The notes under the pieces are model-generated. The model did no database searches. It was given only the letters and a program-made list of their open reading frames with translations, and was not told where the DNA came from. From a virus (Duplodnaviria > Caudoviricetes), in the IMG/VR virus record IMGVR_UViG_3300025018_000345, positions 1 to 34,695 of that record: 34,695 nucleotides of DNA. One strand, given 5' to 3'. The stretch's first letter is position 1. Each line of letters opens with the position of its first letter. Shown here in pieces: positions 26,651 through 34,202 of the stretch. The position numbers were made by a program, and so were the translations under genes.

Positions 26651-27878
26651 TCCAAACATAGTTATAATGTTTAATGGCAATCACGCTTCAATCCCAAGTG
26701 GTTTTAGTCGTGAAACAGATTTTGATGATTGTAATGTTAAAACTGGTTCTGCTTTTACTACTGGTGGTTCTACCACACACACCCATACAAGTACGGCACA
26801 CACACACGCAGTTGGCGTTCATACTCATAGTTTGAGTTTTGCGGTTGTTAATACGCCAAGTAGTATTCAACACCAGGATTCACCGCCCGAAGAAATGTTA
26901 AGCGACCATTATCATGGTGCGGTTACTTCTGGCGGACTTTCATCTGCTGTAAATGATCAAACTCAAGCACCTACTTGGTCAAGTGATTCAAATATCCCAT
27001 CATCAAGAACAGTTATTTTTATCCGTTCTAATGGATACAACTTTATCCCGACCAATGGGATTATGTTAAGACAAGACAAAAATAGTAGCTTGGCTTATTT
27101 TACTGCTGGAGAGGGTAAATATTTAAGAGGTGCAAGTGCTGGCGGTAACGCTGGCAGTAATGTTGGAGCGAGTAGCCACTCACACACAATTTCACACACC
27201 CATACAGCGAACTCACACGGACATAATAGCGTAACATCTGGTTCTCCAGTTGAAACCGCTGGCAGAATAGGCGGATTTCATTTAGCAGACCCATCTATGG
27301 CTTCAGTTGGTCATACTCATACGGCTTATGTTAATAATGGAGCTGATACCCCAGCAGAGTATGTAAATACAACCGCTGGCTCTGGCGATACAATTTCACT
27401 AAAATATCAAGAAGTCTATGCGTTTGAAAATACTGGTAGTAGCTCATTGCCAGAAGTAGGCGATATGGCTTTTTGGGTTGATGGTGGATCACCGCCAATT
27501 GGCTGGGAAACAGTTTTATATTCAAACGATTATTATCTTAAAGTTGCAAGCGAAGCGTCTGGAACTTTGGCAAACGGTGGAAGTTTAACGCATACTCACT
27601 CTGCTGTTTCACACACTCATACAGCACCAGCACACAACCATACTGGTTCAACAAGCGGTTCTACTGGTCACGTTTGGGGTAATACAACTGGTTCATATAG
27701 TAATACAGTTAGTTCTACTCATACTCACGCTGTAACTGTCGCCACATCAACCCATACAAGAAGCTCTAGCAATATTGACTGTTCAACTGATAGTAATGAG
27801 CCGACTTATGTTGCGGTTAAACTTATTCAATTTCAGTTTGGAACAGGTGGTTCGGCTATTACAAAGATGATTAACTAG
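26643..27878 (+). CDS. His-rich tail fibre with three tandem collar-like/HxH units
   Basis: 12 HxH motifs in three groups of four; IPSGF and PPIGW collar-like motifs. Confidence 0.75.
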   Translation: MLSPNIVIMFNGNHASIPSGFSRETDFDDCNVKTGSAFTTGGSTTHTHTSTAHTHAVGVHTHSLSFAVVNTPSSIQHQDSPPEEMLSDHYHGAVTSGGLSSAVNDQTQAPTWSSDSNIPSSRTVIFIRSNGYNFIPTNGIMLRQDKNSSLAYFTAGEGKYLRGASAGGNAGSNVGASSHSHTISHTHTANSHGHNSVTSGSPVETAGRIGGFHLADPSMASVGHTHTAYVNNGADTPAEYVNTTAGSGDTISLKYQEVYAFENTGSSSLPEVGDMAFWVDGGSPPIGWETVLYSNDYYLKVASEASGTLANGGSLTHTHSAVSHTHTAPAHNHTGSTSGSTGHVWGNTTGSYSNTVSSTHTHAVTVATSTHTRSSSNIDCSTDSNEPTYVAVKLIQFQFGTGGSAITKMIN

Positions 27879-27888
27879 AAAAATAACT

Positions 27889-28143
27889 ATGAGGAAAAAA
27901 AATAAAGAACAAGAGTTGAGTTTAACTGGCTTGTCTTTATATGGACAACTGCAATCAACTGTCGCAGTAATAAAAACAAACCTAGATAATTTAATCCAAA
28001 GGTTTGAAGATTTTAAAGACGAAATAGATGGCTTTGTAACAGATAAAGAGTTTGAGCCTGTTAAAAACATAGTATATGGTTTTGTTAGTCTAATATTAGT
28101 TAGTGTAGCTGGAGCTTTGATAGCTTTAGTAGTAATAAAATGA
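27889..28143 (+). CDS. Holin-like/XhlA-like membrane protein, first gene of the lysis cassette
   Basis: Helical region plus a C-terminal TM (IVYGFVSLILVSVAGALIALVVI); upstream of the endolysin. Confidence 0.6.
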   Translation: MRKKNKEQELSLTGLSLYGQLQSTVAVIKTNLDNLIQRFEDFKDEIDGFVTDKEFEPVKNIVYGFVSLILVSVAGALIALVVIK

Positions 28144-28562
28144 AGTTAAAAAATTATCTAATCACCATACTAATGATTTTACTCAACATATTTTGGGCAG
28201 TATTTTTGTTTTTACTAATATATCCGTTTAAGGTAATTGAGATTAAGAGTGTTGAAATATTAACACCAGTTGTAATGGCTGGCGAACAAGTCAAGATTAG
28301 AATAGAGGGTTGTAAATATTTTTCAGTACCAGCCGTTGCACAACGCAAAATAATTAACCATTATGAGTATTTTCTAACTGCTGAAACAACCAACGATTTA
28401 ACCACTGGTTGTTTTGTAAAAGAAATGTCAGTGCCAATTCCAGGCTATGTAGATTCTGATATTTACCATATACATAATGATTTAGAACATACTTTATTTG
28501 GTTTTAGAAAAATAAATACTCACTGGGAAAGTCCTACTTTCCAGGTAATTGCAAGGCAATAA
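28140..28562 (+). CDS. Membrane-anchored hypothetical protein in the lysis cassette
   Basis: N-terminal TM then a beta-rich domain with two Cys. Confidence 0.7.
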   Translation: MKLKNYLITILMILLNIFWAVFLFLLIYPFKVIEIKSVEILTPVVMAGEQVKIRIEGCKYFSVPAVAQRKIINHYEYFLTAETTNDLTTGCFVKEMSVPIPGYVDSDIYHIHNDLEHTLFGFRKINTHWESPTFQVIARQ

Positions 28563-28563
28563 T

Positions 28564-29478
28564 ATGAAAATATGTATTCAAGCAGGTCACGAGGGAAGAA
28601 CATCTGGTTCAACTGGTGCAAATGGCGAACAGGCTTTTAATATTGATGTTTCTAATAAATTGGCAGACAAACTTCGTGCTAATGGTTTTGAGGTTAAAAG
28701 AGTTAAAGCAGACCCAGCCGATATTGAAATTGCTGGCGATTGGGATTTATTTTTATCTGTTCACTACGACGCTGATATTTACGGCTCTGGTGGTGGCTTC
28801 TTAGATCGACCCAAGTACGACGGTGCGGAAGCTGAATCAAAAAGAATACTTGAAGTTATTGAGGGTGTTTACTTTTTAAGCACAGGCATTGTAAACAAAC
28901 CAGAGAGAAGAAACGCCAATACCAATCAATATTATATGTGGGCTAGGTTGAGTGCTAAAACACCTTGTGTGCTTATTGAGTGTGGTGTAGGACAGCATAG
29001 GCCAGATGACTACGAGGTGTTGTTTAATAATAGGGATAGAGTTGTTAGTGGTATTTATAACGGCATTTTAAAAGCATTTAATATGGGTGGTGAAGTATTG
29101 CCACCAGAACAGGAAAATATGTTACTTAAATATTTAGGTATGGACAACGAAACTGACGCCATTAAACGACTTGCTAAACACTTAGGTGGTGAAACTAATT
29201 GTGAGTGGGGCGACGAAAAAGAAAACAAAGGTGGTCATCTTGGTTCTGCCCGTCGTGAAGTTAAGAAGCTAAAGGCTGATTTAACCGAAGCAGAAATTGC
29301 TTTAGAGCAAAAAACCAACGAGTTGGTTAAATGCCAAGCTGATTTAGATACCGCAACGTCCGAAAATGGCGAAAATGAGGATACTGCCGAGTTTGTATTA
29401 AACGGTATGACTGAAACGTTTGAAAAAGACGGCAAAACGGTGACTTTAAATTATGCGGTGCAACAACCAAAATCTTAA
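28564..29478 (+). CDS. Endolysin, N-acetylmuramoyl-L-alanine amidase (Amidase_3) with a C-terminal coiled coil
   Basis: ICIQAGH, GE, LFLSVHYDA, PCVLIECG zinc-amidase motifs. Confidence 0.9.
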   Translation: MKICIQAGHEGRTSGSTGANGEQAFNIDVSNKLADKLRANGFEVKRVKADPADIEIAGDWDLFLSVHYDADIYGSGGGFLDRPKYDGAEAESKRILEVIEGVYFLSTGIVNKPERRNANTNQYYMWARLSAKTPCVLIECGVGQHRPDDYEVLFNNRDRVVSGIYNGILKAFNMGGEVLPPEQENMLLKYLGMDNETDAIKRLAKHLGGETNCEWGDEKENKGGHLGSARREVKKLKADLTEAEIALEQKTNELVKCQADLDTATSENGENEDTAEFVLNGMTETFEKDGKTVTLNYAVQQPKS

Positions 29479-29553
29479 AAAAGGACTTCTGGCAAGGTAA
29501 ATAGGATTGTTGATAAAATCTTATAATTATAAATATAAACAAGAGAGGATTAA

Positions 29554-29799
29554 ATGCCATTTAAACAGTACAAAACTTGGAAAAAAGTTTTAATCGAAGC
29601 TGTTAGAGCTTTTGTACCAGCTTTTTTAGCTGTGATTTATTTACAATTCGAAGCTGGTGTGAACTTACAAGAATATAAATCATGGGTAATGCCACTCCTA
29701 GCTTCTGCTTCCTTAGCAGGTATTAGAGCAGTAATGAAATGGTTACGTGAGAGGCACGCTAAAGACTACACCTCATTTTTGTATAAATTACCTCTTTAA
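29554..29799 (+). CDS. Putative holin
   Basis: Two hydrophobic helices, GAGG RBS, directly after the endolysin. Confidence 0.65.
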   Translation: MPFKQYKTWKKVLIEAVRAFVPAFLAVIYLQFEAGVNLQEYKSWVMPLLASASLAGIRAVMKWLRERHAKDYTSFLYKLPL

Positions 29800-29817
29800 T
29801 AAATAAAGATAGAAAAC

Positions 29818-29844
29818 AACCCCGCTTAACACACGGGGTTTTTT
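29818..29844 (+). terminator. Rho-independent terminator ending the lysis cassette
   Basis: AACCCCG / CGGGGTT stem followed by a T-run. Confidence 0.8.
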
Positions 29845-29846
29845 AT

Positions 29847-30224
29847 ATGGTAGAACGTGAAATTGACTATGAAAAATACGCTTTATCATTAGCCACCTTT
29901 GGCTTACTCGCTATTGCTACAATGGGAGCTTTTAGCAGGAAATCAAAAGAGGAGATTTGGAAAAGAGATGGTGGTGTGTCTGCTTTAAGCGGTCAAAATG
30001 GTAGGTTAGAAGCGAGTCATATTTCGCACGCTAAAGATGAACGCTATGACGACCCCTCAAATGGTCGTCTTTTAACTACTAGAGAACATTATATTGATCA
30101 TTATAATCGACACGGCAGAAACGGATTAACTATGGCTGGTAATAAATGGGCGTTGCGTAAAATCTGGGAAAGATTAACTGGACAAGATAAAAACGGACTA
30201 CCACCACCAGAAAGTATTGAATAA
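29847..30224 (+). CDS. HNH-like endonuclease with an N-terminal hydrophobic segment
   Basis: FSRKSKEEIWKRD...LEASHI...SNGRLL...EHYIDH; the usual Zn-binding Cys pairs are absent. Confidence 0.6.
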   Translation: MVEREIDYEKYALSLATFGLLAIATMGAFSRKSKEEIWKRDGGVSALSGQNGRLEASHISHAKDERYDDPSNGRLLTTREHYIDHYNRHGRNGLTMAGNKWALRKIWERLTGQDKNGLPPPESIE

Positions 30225-30631
30225 TGGAACGAGATATTCGAAAATTAACCAGTGCGGTTGTAGAACAAGATCAATCAATACCTTATTTTAAGGAAACAAA
30301 CACCCCAGAGCGCATAGCCGATATGCTTGTTGAAGAAGCCACTGAGTTAGTTAGCGAGCTAAAAACGGCTTTTATTACAGATGACCTAACGCAGGTTGCT
30401 GGTGAGCTTGGTGACGTTATTTACCTAGCTTTAAAAATGGCAGATACACTAGGACTCAACGCCGATGAGGTTGTACAAATGAAAATACTTCGCAATAAGT
30501 TTAAATATGCAAACGCTATCAATGGTGAAGAAGCAAAACGCCGTTGGGTTGAGCAAGGTGGCGACGAGATTTGGTATCAATTATATCTTGAATCTATTGC
30601 CATTATTGACAACGAGCAAGAAACAGAGTAA
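30224..30631 (+). CDS. MazG-like nucleotide pyrophosphohydrolase
   Basis: LVEEATEL...ELGDVIY...KILRNKFKY. Confidence 0.85.
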   Translation: MERDIRKLTSAVVEQDQSIPYFKETNTPERIADMLVEEATELVSELKTAFITDDLTQVAGELGDVIYLALKMADTLGLNADEVVQMKILRNKFKYANAINGEEAKRRWVEQGGDEIWYQLYLESIAIIDNEQETE

Positions 30632-30689
30632 TTTATTTAAATCCTGAACCGTCCCTCTTAATAGAGATCGTGTCAGAGCTAAAAACATT

Positions 30690-30718
30690 AAGCACTCGTT
30701 AAGATCGGGTGCTTTTTT
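30690..30718 (+). terminator. Rho-independent terminator
   Basis: AAGCACTCG / CGGGTGCTT stem followed by a T-run. Confidence 0.8.
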
Positions 30719-30735
30719 GTTATAGAAAGTCATAG

Positions 30736-30764
30736 TTTACAGTAGCTATTTTTTTATATATATT
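30736..30764 (+). promoter_or_regulatory. Sigma70-like promoter
   Basis: TTTACA, 17 bp, TATATT; same hexamers as the promoter at 31563-31591. Confidence 0.65.
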
Positions 30765-30770
30765 AGTTAA

Positions 30771-31109
30771 TAGTTGAGTGAGAGGTAGATACCAGAACAA
30801 ACTTACTTAACAAGGCACTATAACTCTTTAAGTGAGCGCATAGCCTTAGACGGAAACAACTGCGTCTTTAAATAAAAGAAATATGCGATACTTACGGCAG
30901 GTGGCTCATCGTTTGGGTAATTTGCTGAAAAGCGTGCGGTGGTATGGTTTACGCATTATGACCTCACCCCCTCTGGCAGAACTTTGACCAGTTTGGAACA
31001 GATAATTAGCTTATAAACGCCGATAAAATAGCGGACAAACGTTTAGATATTAAATATATATTATTCTATATTTTCGGGCTGTGGTCTATACGATAGGGTA
31101 ATAAGCTAA
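30771..31109 (+). ncRNA. Candidate structured RNA or long structured 5' leader, family unknown
   Basis: No ORF of 60 aa or more; five or more stems; begins at the predicted transcription start. Confidence 0.5.
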
Positions 31110-31119
31110 AAACTAAACT

Positions 31120-31326
31120 ATGAATAGATGTAAACACTGTGGGAGAGTTACTCACTACGTTTTAAAAACCAGACTTAAACCAAGTCAATTAAAAAAGTAT
31201 TATGTTTACTCTCGCTATGAAAAATGCGACTACTGTAACAAATACTATTTTCACGAAGAAGATAAAATATCACCAGAAACATTAAAAAAGTCGCTACGAT
31301 TTACGGTGGCAGAGGAATTGTTTTAA
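31120..31326 (+). CDS. Small zinc-ribbon protein
   Basis: CKHCG...CDYC. Confidence 0.7.
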   Translation: MNRCKHCGRVTHYVLKTRLKPSQLKKYYVYSRYEKCDYCNKYYFHEEDKISPETLKKSLRFTVAEELF

Positions 31327-31553
31327 TGACGATATACATAACTATTGAGCAACTTCCAAATAGCTTTCAGGATTATTTAAACTTTTACCACGAACGGGCT
31401 TTTGACAAAGATTTATTTATTGTTACCACCAAAAACATTACAGATATATTAGCCGAATTACGCTTGGCTTTTAGAAAATATCCAGATTATAAATCAAGAT
31501 TAACGGCGATGTCCGCACCTCTTAAAACTTGTCTTTTAAAATACGATAGATAA
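31326..31553 (+). CDS. Hypothetical protein
   Basis: TAATG coupling to the previous gene. Confidence 0.6.
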   Translation: MTIYITIEQLPNSFQDYLNFYHERAFDKDLFIVTTKNITDILAELRLAFRKYPDYKSRLTAMSAPLKTCLLKYDR

Positions 31554-31558
31554 AACTA

Positions 31559-31591
31559 CCACTTTACACTTTAATAAATAGGGTGTATATT
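31559..31591 (+). promoter_or_regulatory. Promoter with overlapping operator, copy 1
   Basis: TTTACA-17-TATATT; CCACTTTAC-N6-ATAAATAGG. Confidence 0.65.
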
Positions 31592-31628
31592 AATAATAAT
31601 TATTAAATATCCTAAAAGGGAAAAAACT

Positions 31629-32207
31629 ATGAGCGAAAAAACATTTTTCGGAAACTTCAAAGAGGTGCAGGAGCTTTTAAAAGCACCTAAAAACCAACGC
31701 AATAGCTTTGGAAATTATAACTACCGTAGTGCAGAGGATATTCTCGAAGCGGTTAAACCATTACTTCACGAAAGAGATTTAGCCATTACTTTATTCGACG
31801 AAATAATTTCAGTGGGCGAACGCTATTATATTAAAGCTACTGTTACTGTTACTAACGGCAAAGATAGTTTATCTGCTTCGGCTATTGCCAGAGAGTCAGA
31901 AAATAAAAAAGGTATGGACGAAGCACAGGTTACTGGTTCTGCTTCCTCTTACGCTCGCAAGTATGCTCTAAATGGTTTATTTGCTATTGACGATACTAAA
32001 GACGCAGACACTAACGAGCAAGCCAAAGAGGTTAGAGCCAAAACAGAATTAACTACAGAAGAAAAGAAACAAATAACAGAGATTAAAGAACTAGAAACTT
32101 TAAACACGATTTGTAGAGATATGTTAAATAAAAAGGGCATTACTTACAAAGAAGCAATCCTTGCTCTTTATAACGTCCAAAAGACTAAACTAGAGGGTGC
32201 AGTATAA
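31629..32207 (+). CDS. erf: ERF-family single-strand annealing protein
   Basis: LKAPKNQRNSFGNYNYRSAEDILEAVKP, TGSASSYARKYALNGLFAIDD. Confidence 0.9.
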   Translation: MSEKTFFGNFKEVQELLKAPKNQRNSFGNYNYRSAEDILEAVKPLLHERDLAITLFDEIISVGERYYIKATVTVTNGKDSLSASAIARESENKKGMDEAQVTGSASSYARKYALNGLFAIDDTKDADTNEQAKEVRAKTELTTEEKKQITEIKELETLNTICRDMLNKKGITYKEAILALYNVQKTKLEGAV

Positions 32208-32806
32208 TGACAATATATAACTTTGAACAAAATACTCCAGAGTGGCATCAAGTACGCTTGGGCAAATTAACAGCTAGTACCGCTCAGGCTATCGCTACCA
32301 ACGGCAAAGGACTTGAAACCCTATGCTTTGAAAAGGTTGCAGAATTATTGACTGGTCGTAAAAAAGAGGATAATTTTACTAGCATAGATATTGAGCGTGG
32401 CCATATTCTCGAAGCACAAGCAAGAAACGCTTATGAGTTATTAACTGGCAACCTAGTTAAGCAGGTTGGGTTCTGTGAAATGACCGATTTTATTGGTTGT
32501 TCTCCTGACGGTTTTATAGGCGATGACGGACTAATTGAAATTAAGTGCAAAGACGATAAAAACTATGCTAAGTTTCTTTATGAACCAATTGTTGATTCAA
32601 CTTATATGTGGCAAGTACAAATGCAAATGCTTGTTACTGGGCGTAAATGGTGCGACTTCGTGGTTTATAACCCAAATTTTAGTAGAGATGTTTCGATTAT
32701 CAGAGTTAAGCGTGACCCAGAAAAAATCTTAAAACTTATGGACGGACTAGAAGCTGGTGTAAAAATGATCAAAGATATTAAAGGGAAAATAGATGAAAAC
32801 AATTAA
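32207..32806 (+). CDS. YqaJ/lambda-exonuclease family protein
   Basis: QNTPEWHQVRLGKLTAS, GCSPDG, IEIKC, YMWQVQMQM, WCDFVVY. Confidence 0.92.
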   Translation: MTIYNFEQNTPEWHQVRLGKLTASTAQAIATNGKGLETLCFEKVAELLTGRKKEDNFTSIDIERGHILEAQARNAYELLTGNLVKQVGFCEMTDFIGCSPDGFIGDDGLIEIKCKDDKNYAKFLYEPIVDSTYMWQVQMQMLVTGRKWCDFVVYNPNFSRDVSIIRVKRDPEKILKLMDGLEAGVKMIKDIKGKIDENN

Positions 32807-33287
32807 CGAGGTTTATGAGGACTCTATTGATCGAATATCTAAAGTTGATTTACTCAATGAAGTTAGCAGTAAAATCTTTGAAATAACCAACGCTTTATAT
32901 AAAAAAGAGTTAGGCAAATGGTCTGGAGATGAATTAAGCCGTGCCGTGTTGAGTTTGGCTGTTCTTAGAGTAAGGTTAGGTGAAACAATGGTCAATGCCG
33001 TTGCTTACTACGACATTAGTTATATGCACCGTAAAATGCGTTACGCTAACGAGTGGCAACCTACCAAGTCGCATCTAAACAACGTACTTAATAAAGCCAC
33101 CGTTCAAGATGTAGATAACGCTATTATTAAGAAACTTGAAGATAATTTAGAGGAAGAAGTAAAGTATAAACATTACGCAGAGCAGTTGCGTACTCTGTAC
33201 GATAGTACAGAAACTTTAATAACTGCATTACAAACTAGGCTCGGTGTTCTTAAACAAGAACGAGCTGAAAGTCAGTATCAAAAATAA
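32793..33287 (+). CDS. Helical hypothetical protein in the recombination module
   Basis: Overlaps the exonuclease stop; coiled-coil-like sequence. Confidence 0.7.
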   Translation: MKTINEVYEDSIDRISKVDLLNEVSSKIFEITNALYKKELGKWSGDELSRAVLSLAVLRVRLGETMVNAVAYYDISYMHRKMRYANEWQPTKSHLNNVLNKATVQDVDNAIIKKLEDNLEEEVKYKHYAEQLRTLYDSTETLITALQTRLGVLKQERAESQYQK

Positions 33288-33297
33288 TAAAGGAACT

Positions 33298-33555
33298 ATG
33301 GCAAAATATAAAAACTTATTAACAGGATATTTAAACGAGAGTAAGAATAACCCAGAACGTAGATACTTGGTTATTACTAACGTATCAGATGAGGGCGTGT
33401 TTTTAGAACCAGGCGAAAAACTTTATATGAACGAAACACCTGATTTTATTATTGAAAAGAACCCTAAAATGCCACACTTTACCAAGTCAGTTAAAGTCGA
33501 AGAAGATCAAGTACAAGAGCAAAAAAAAGACGTTAGTAGTGATATTCCATTTTAG
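33298..33555 (+). CDS. Small SSB-like protein (start moved from 33244)
   Basis: AAAGGA RBS; acidic C-terminal SSDIPF tail; in the recombination module. Confidence 0.6.
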   Translation: MAKYKNLLTGYLNESKNNPERRYLVITNVSDEGVFLEPGEKLYMNETPDFIIEKNPKMPHFTKSVKVEEDQVQEQKKDVSSDIPF

Positions 33556-33587
33556 CTATTTACTTAATTATAAATAGGGTATATGAT
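33555..33587 (+). promoter_or_regulatory. Promoter with overlapping operator, copy 2
   Basis: TTTACT-17-TATGAT; GCTATTTAC-N6-ATAAATAGG. Confidence 0.65.
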
Positions 33588-33595
33588 ATTTGTAT

Positions 33596-33919
33596 ATGAA
33601 AAATAAAACACTACACCAAGTAGCAAGTCAAAAAGTATTAGCCGACTTACAAGACGCTTATTTGCAGTATCTCGAAAATAACTGCGTTAGTTTAGGTGAT
33701 TATGAGGATATTGGAAACGGTTATAGCGAGCTAGTTTTGGCAGACTATATAAATAACACTTTAGATGACATTGACGAGATGATCGATCAAATGGATTATT
33801 CTAGTTTTGTAGAGTGGTTTTTAGAAACATACAGCACCGACAACTCGCCAGCTTGGGTTAAACACTGGACAAAAGATATGGCTGTTACTTATTACAACAT
33901 CTTAAAAGGGAACAAATAA
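33596..33919 (+). CDS. Acidic hypothetical protein
   Basis: ATG 8 nt after the -10 box; D/E-rich. Confidence 0.7.
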   Translation: MKNKTLHQVASQKVLADLQDAYLQYLENNCVSLGDYEDIGNGYSELVLADYINNTLDDIDEMIDQMDYSSFVEWFLETYSTDNSPAWVKHWTKDMAVTYYNILKGNK

Positions 33920-34158
33920 TGGCAAGAATATATGACACTATCCAGTTTTTAAAGCTTGCAGATATTAGCAAACCAACGCTTATTAAATGGCAGAAATTAG
34001 GTTTTTTACCTATTAGACGCATTGGTAATGCTGGCTATTTTAAAGAGTCTGATTTAAGTAGAGTTCCAACCATTAAAAAGAAAATGGTAAAGCGTATGCA
34101 AAACGGTTCTAAAATGCGAAAAACCAAAAAAACAAACTTCCTATTTACAAAAGAGTAA
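33919..34158 (+). CDS. MerR/excisionase-like HTH protein
   Basis: LADISKPTLIKWQKLGFLPIRRIGNAGYFKESDL. Confidence 0.75.
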   Translation: MARIYDTIQFLKLADISKPTLIKWQKLGFLPIRRIGNAGYFKESDLSRVPTIKKKMVKRMQNGSKMRKTKKTNFLFTKE

Positions 34159-34172
34159 ATAGGTGTTACTCT
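34140..34172 (+). promoter_or_regulatory. Promoter with overlapping operator, copy 3 (perfect palindrome)
   Basis: CCTATTTAC-N6-GTAAATAGG; TTTACA-17-TACTCT. Confidence 0.65.
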
Positions 34173-34202
34173 TGATAGAGTAATAATTAAAAAAACAAAA
34201 CT

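Noticed and set aside
21845-27878. Possible diversity-generating retroelement or invertible fibre cassette
   Set aside because: No reverse transcriptase, invertase, adenine-specific template/variable repeat pair, or inverted genes seen in the window.
29497-29505. GTAAATAGG half-site before the holin gene as a fourth operator
   Set aside because: The left arm is missing; at most a half-site.
30961-30970. 10-nt complement of the C-rich tract at 20400-20409
   Set aside because: Short, mid-CDS, and expected by chance.
30632-31119. tRNA, CRISPR array or group I intron in the large gap
   Set aside because: No cloverleaf or T-loop consensus, no spaced direct repeats, and no interrupted gene.
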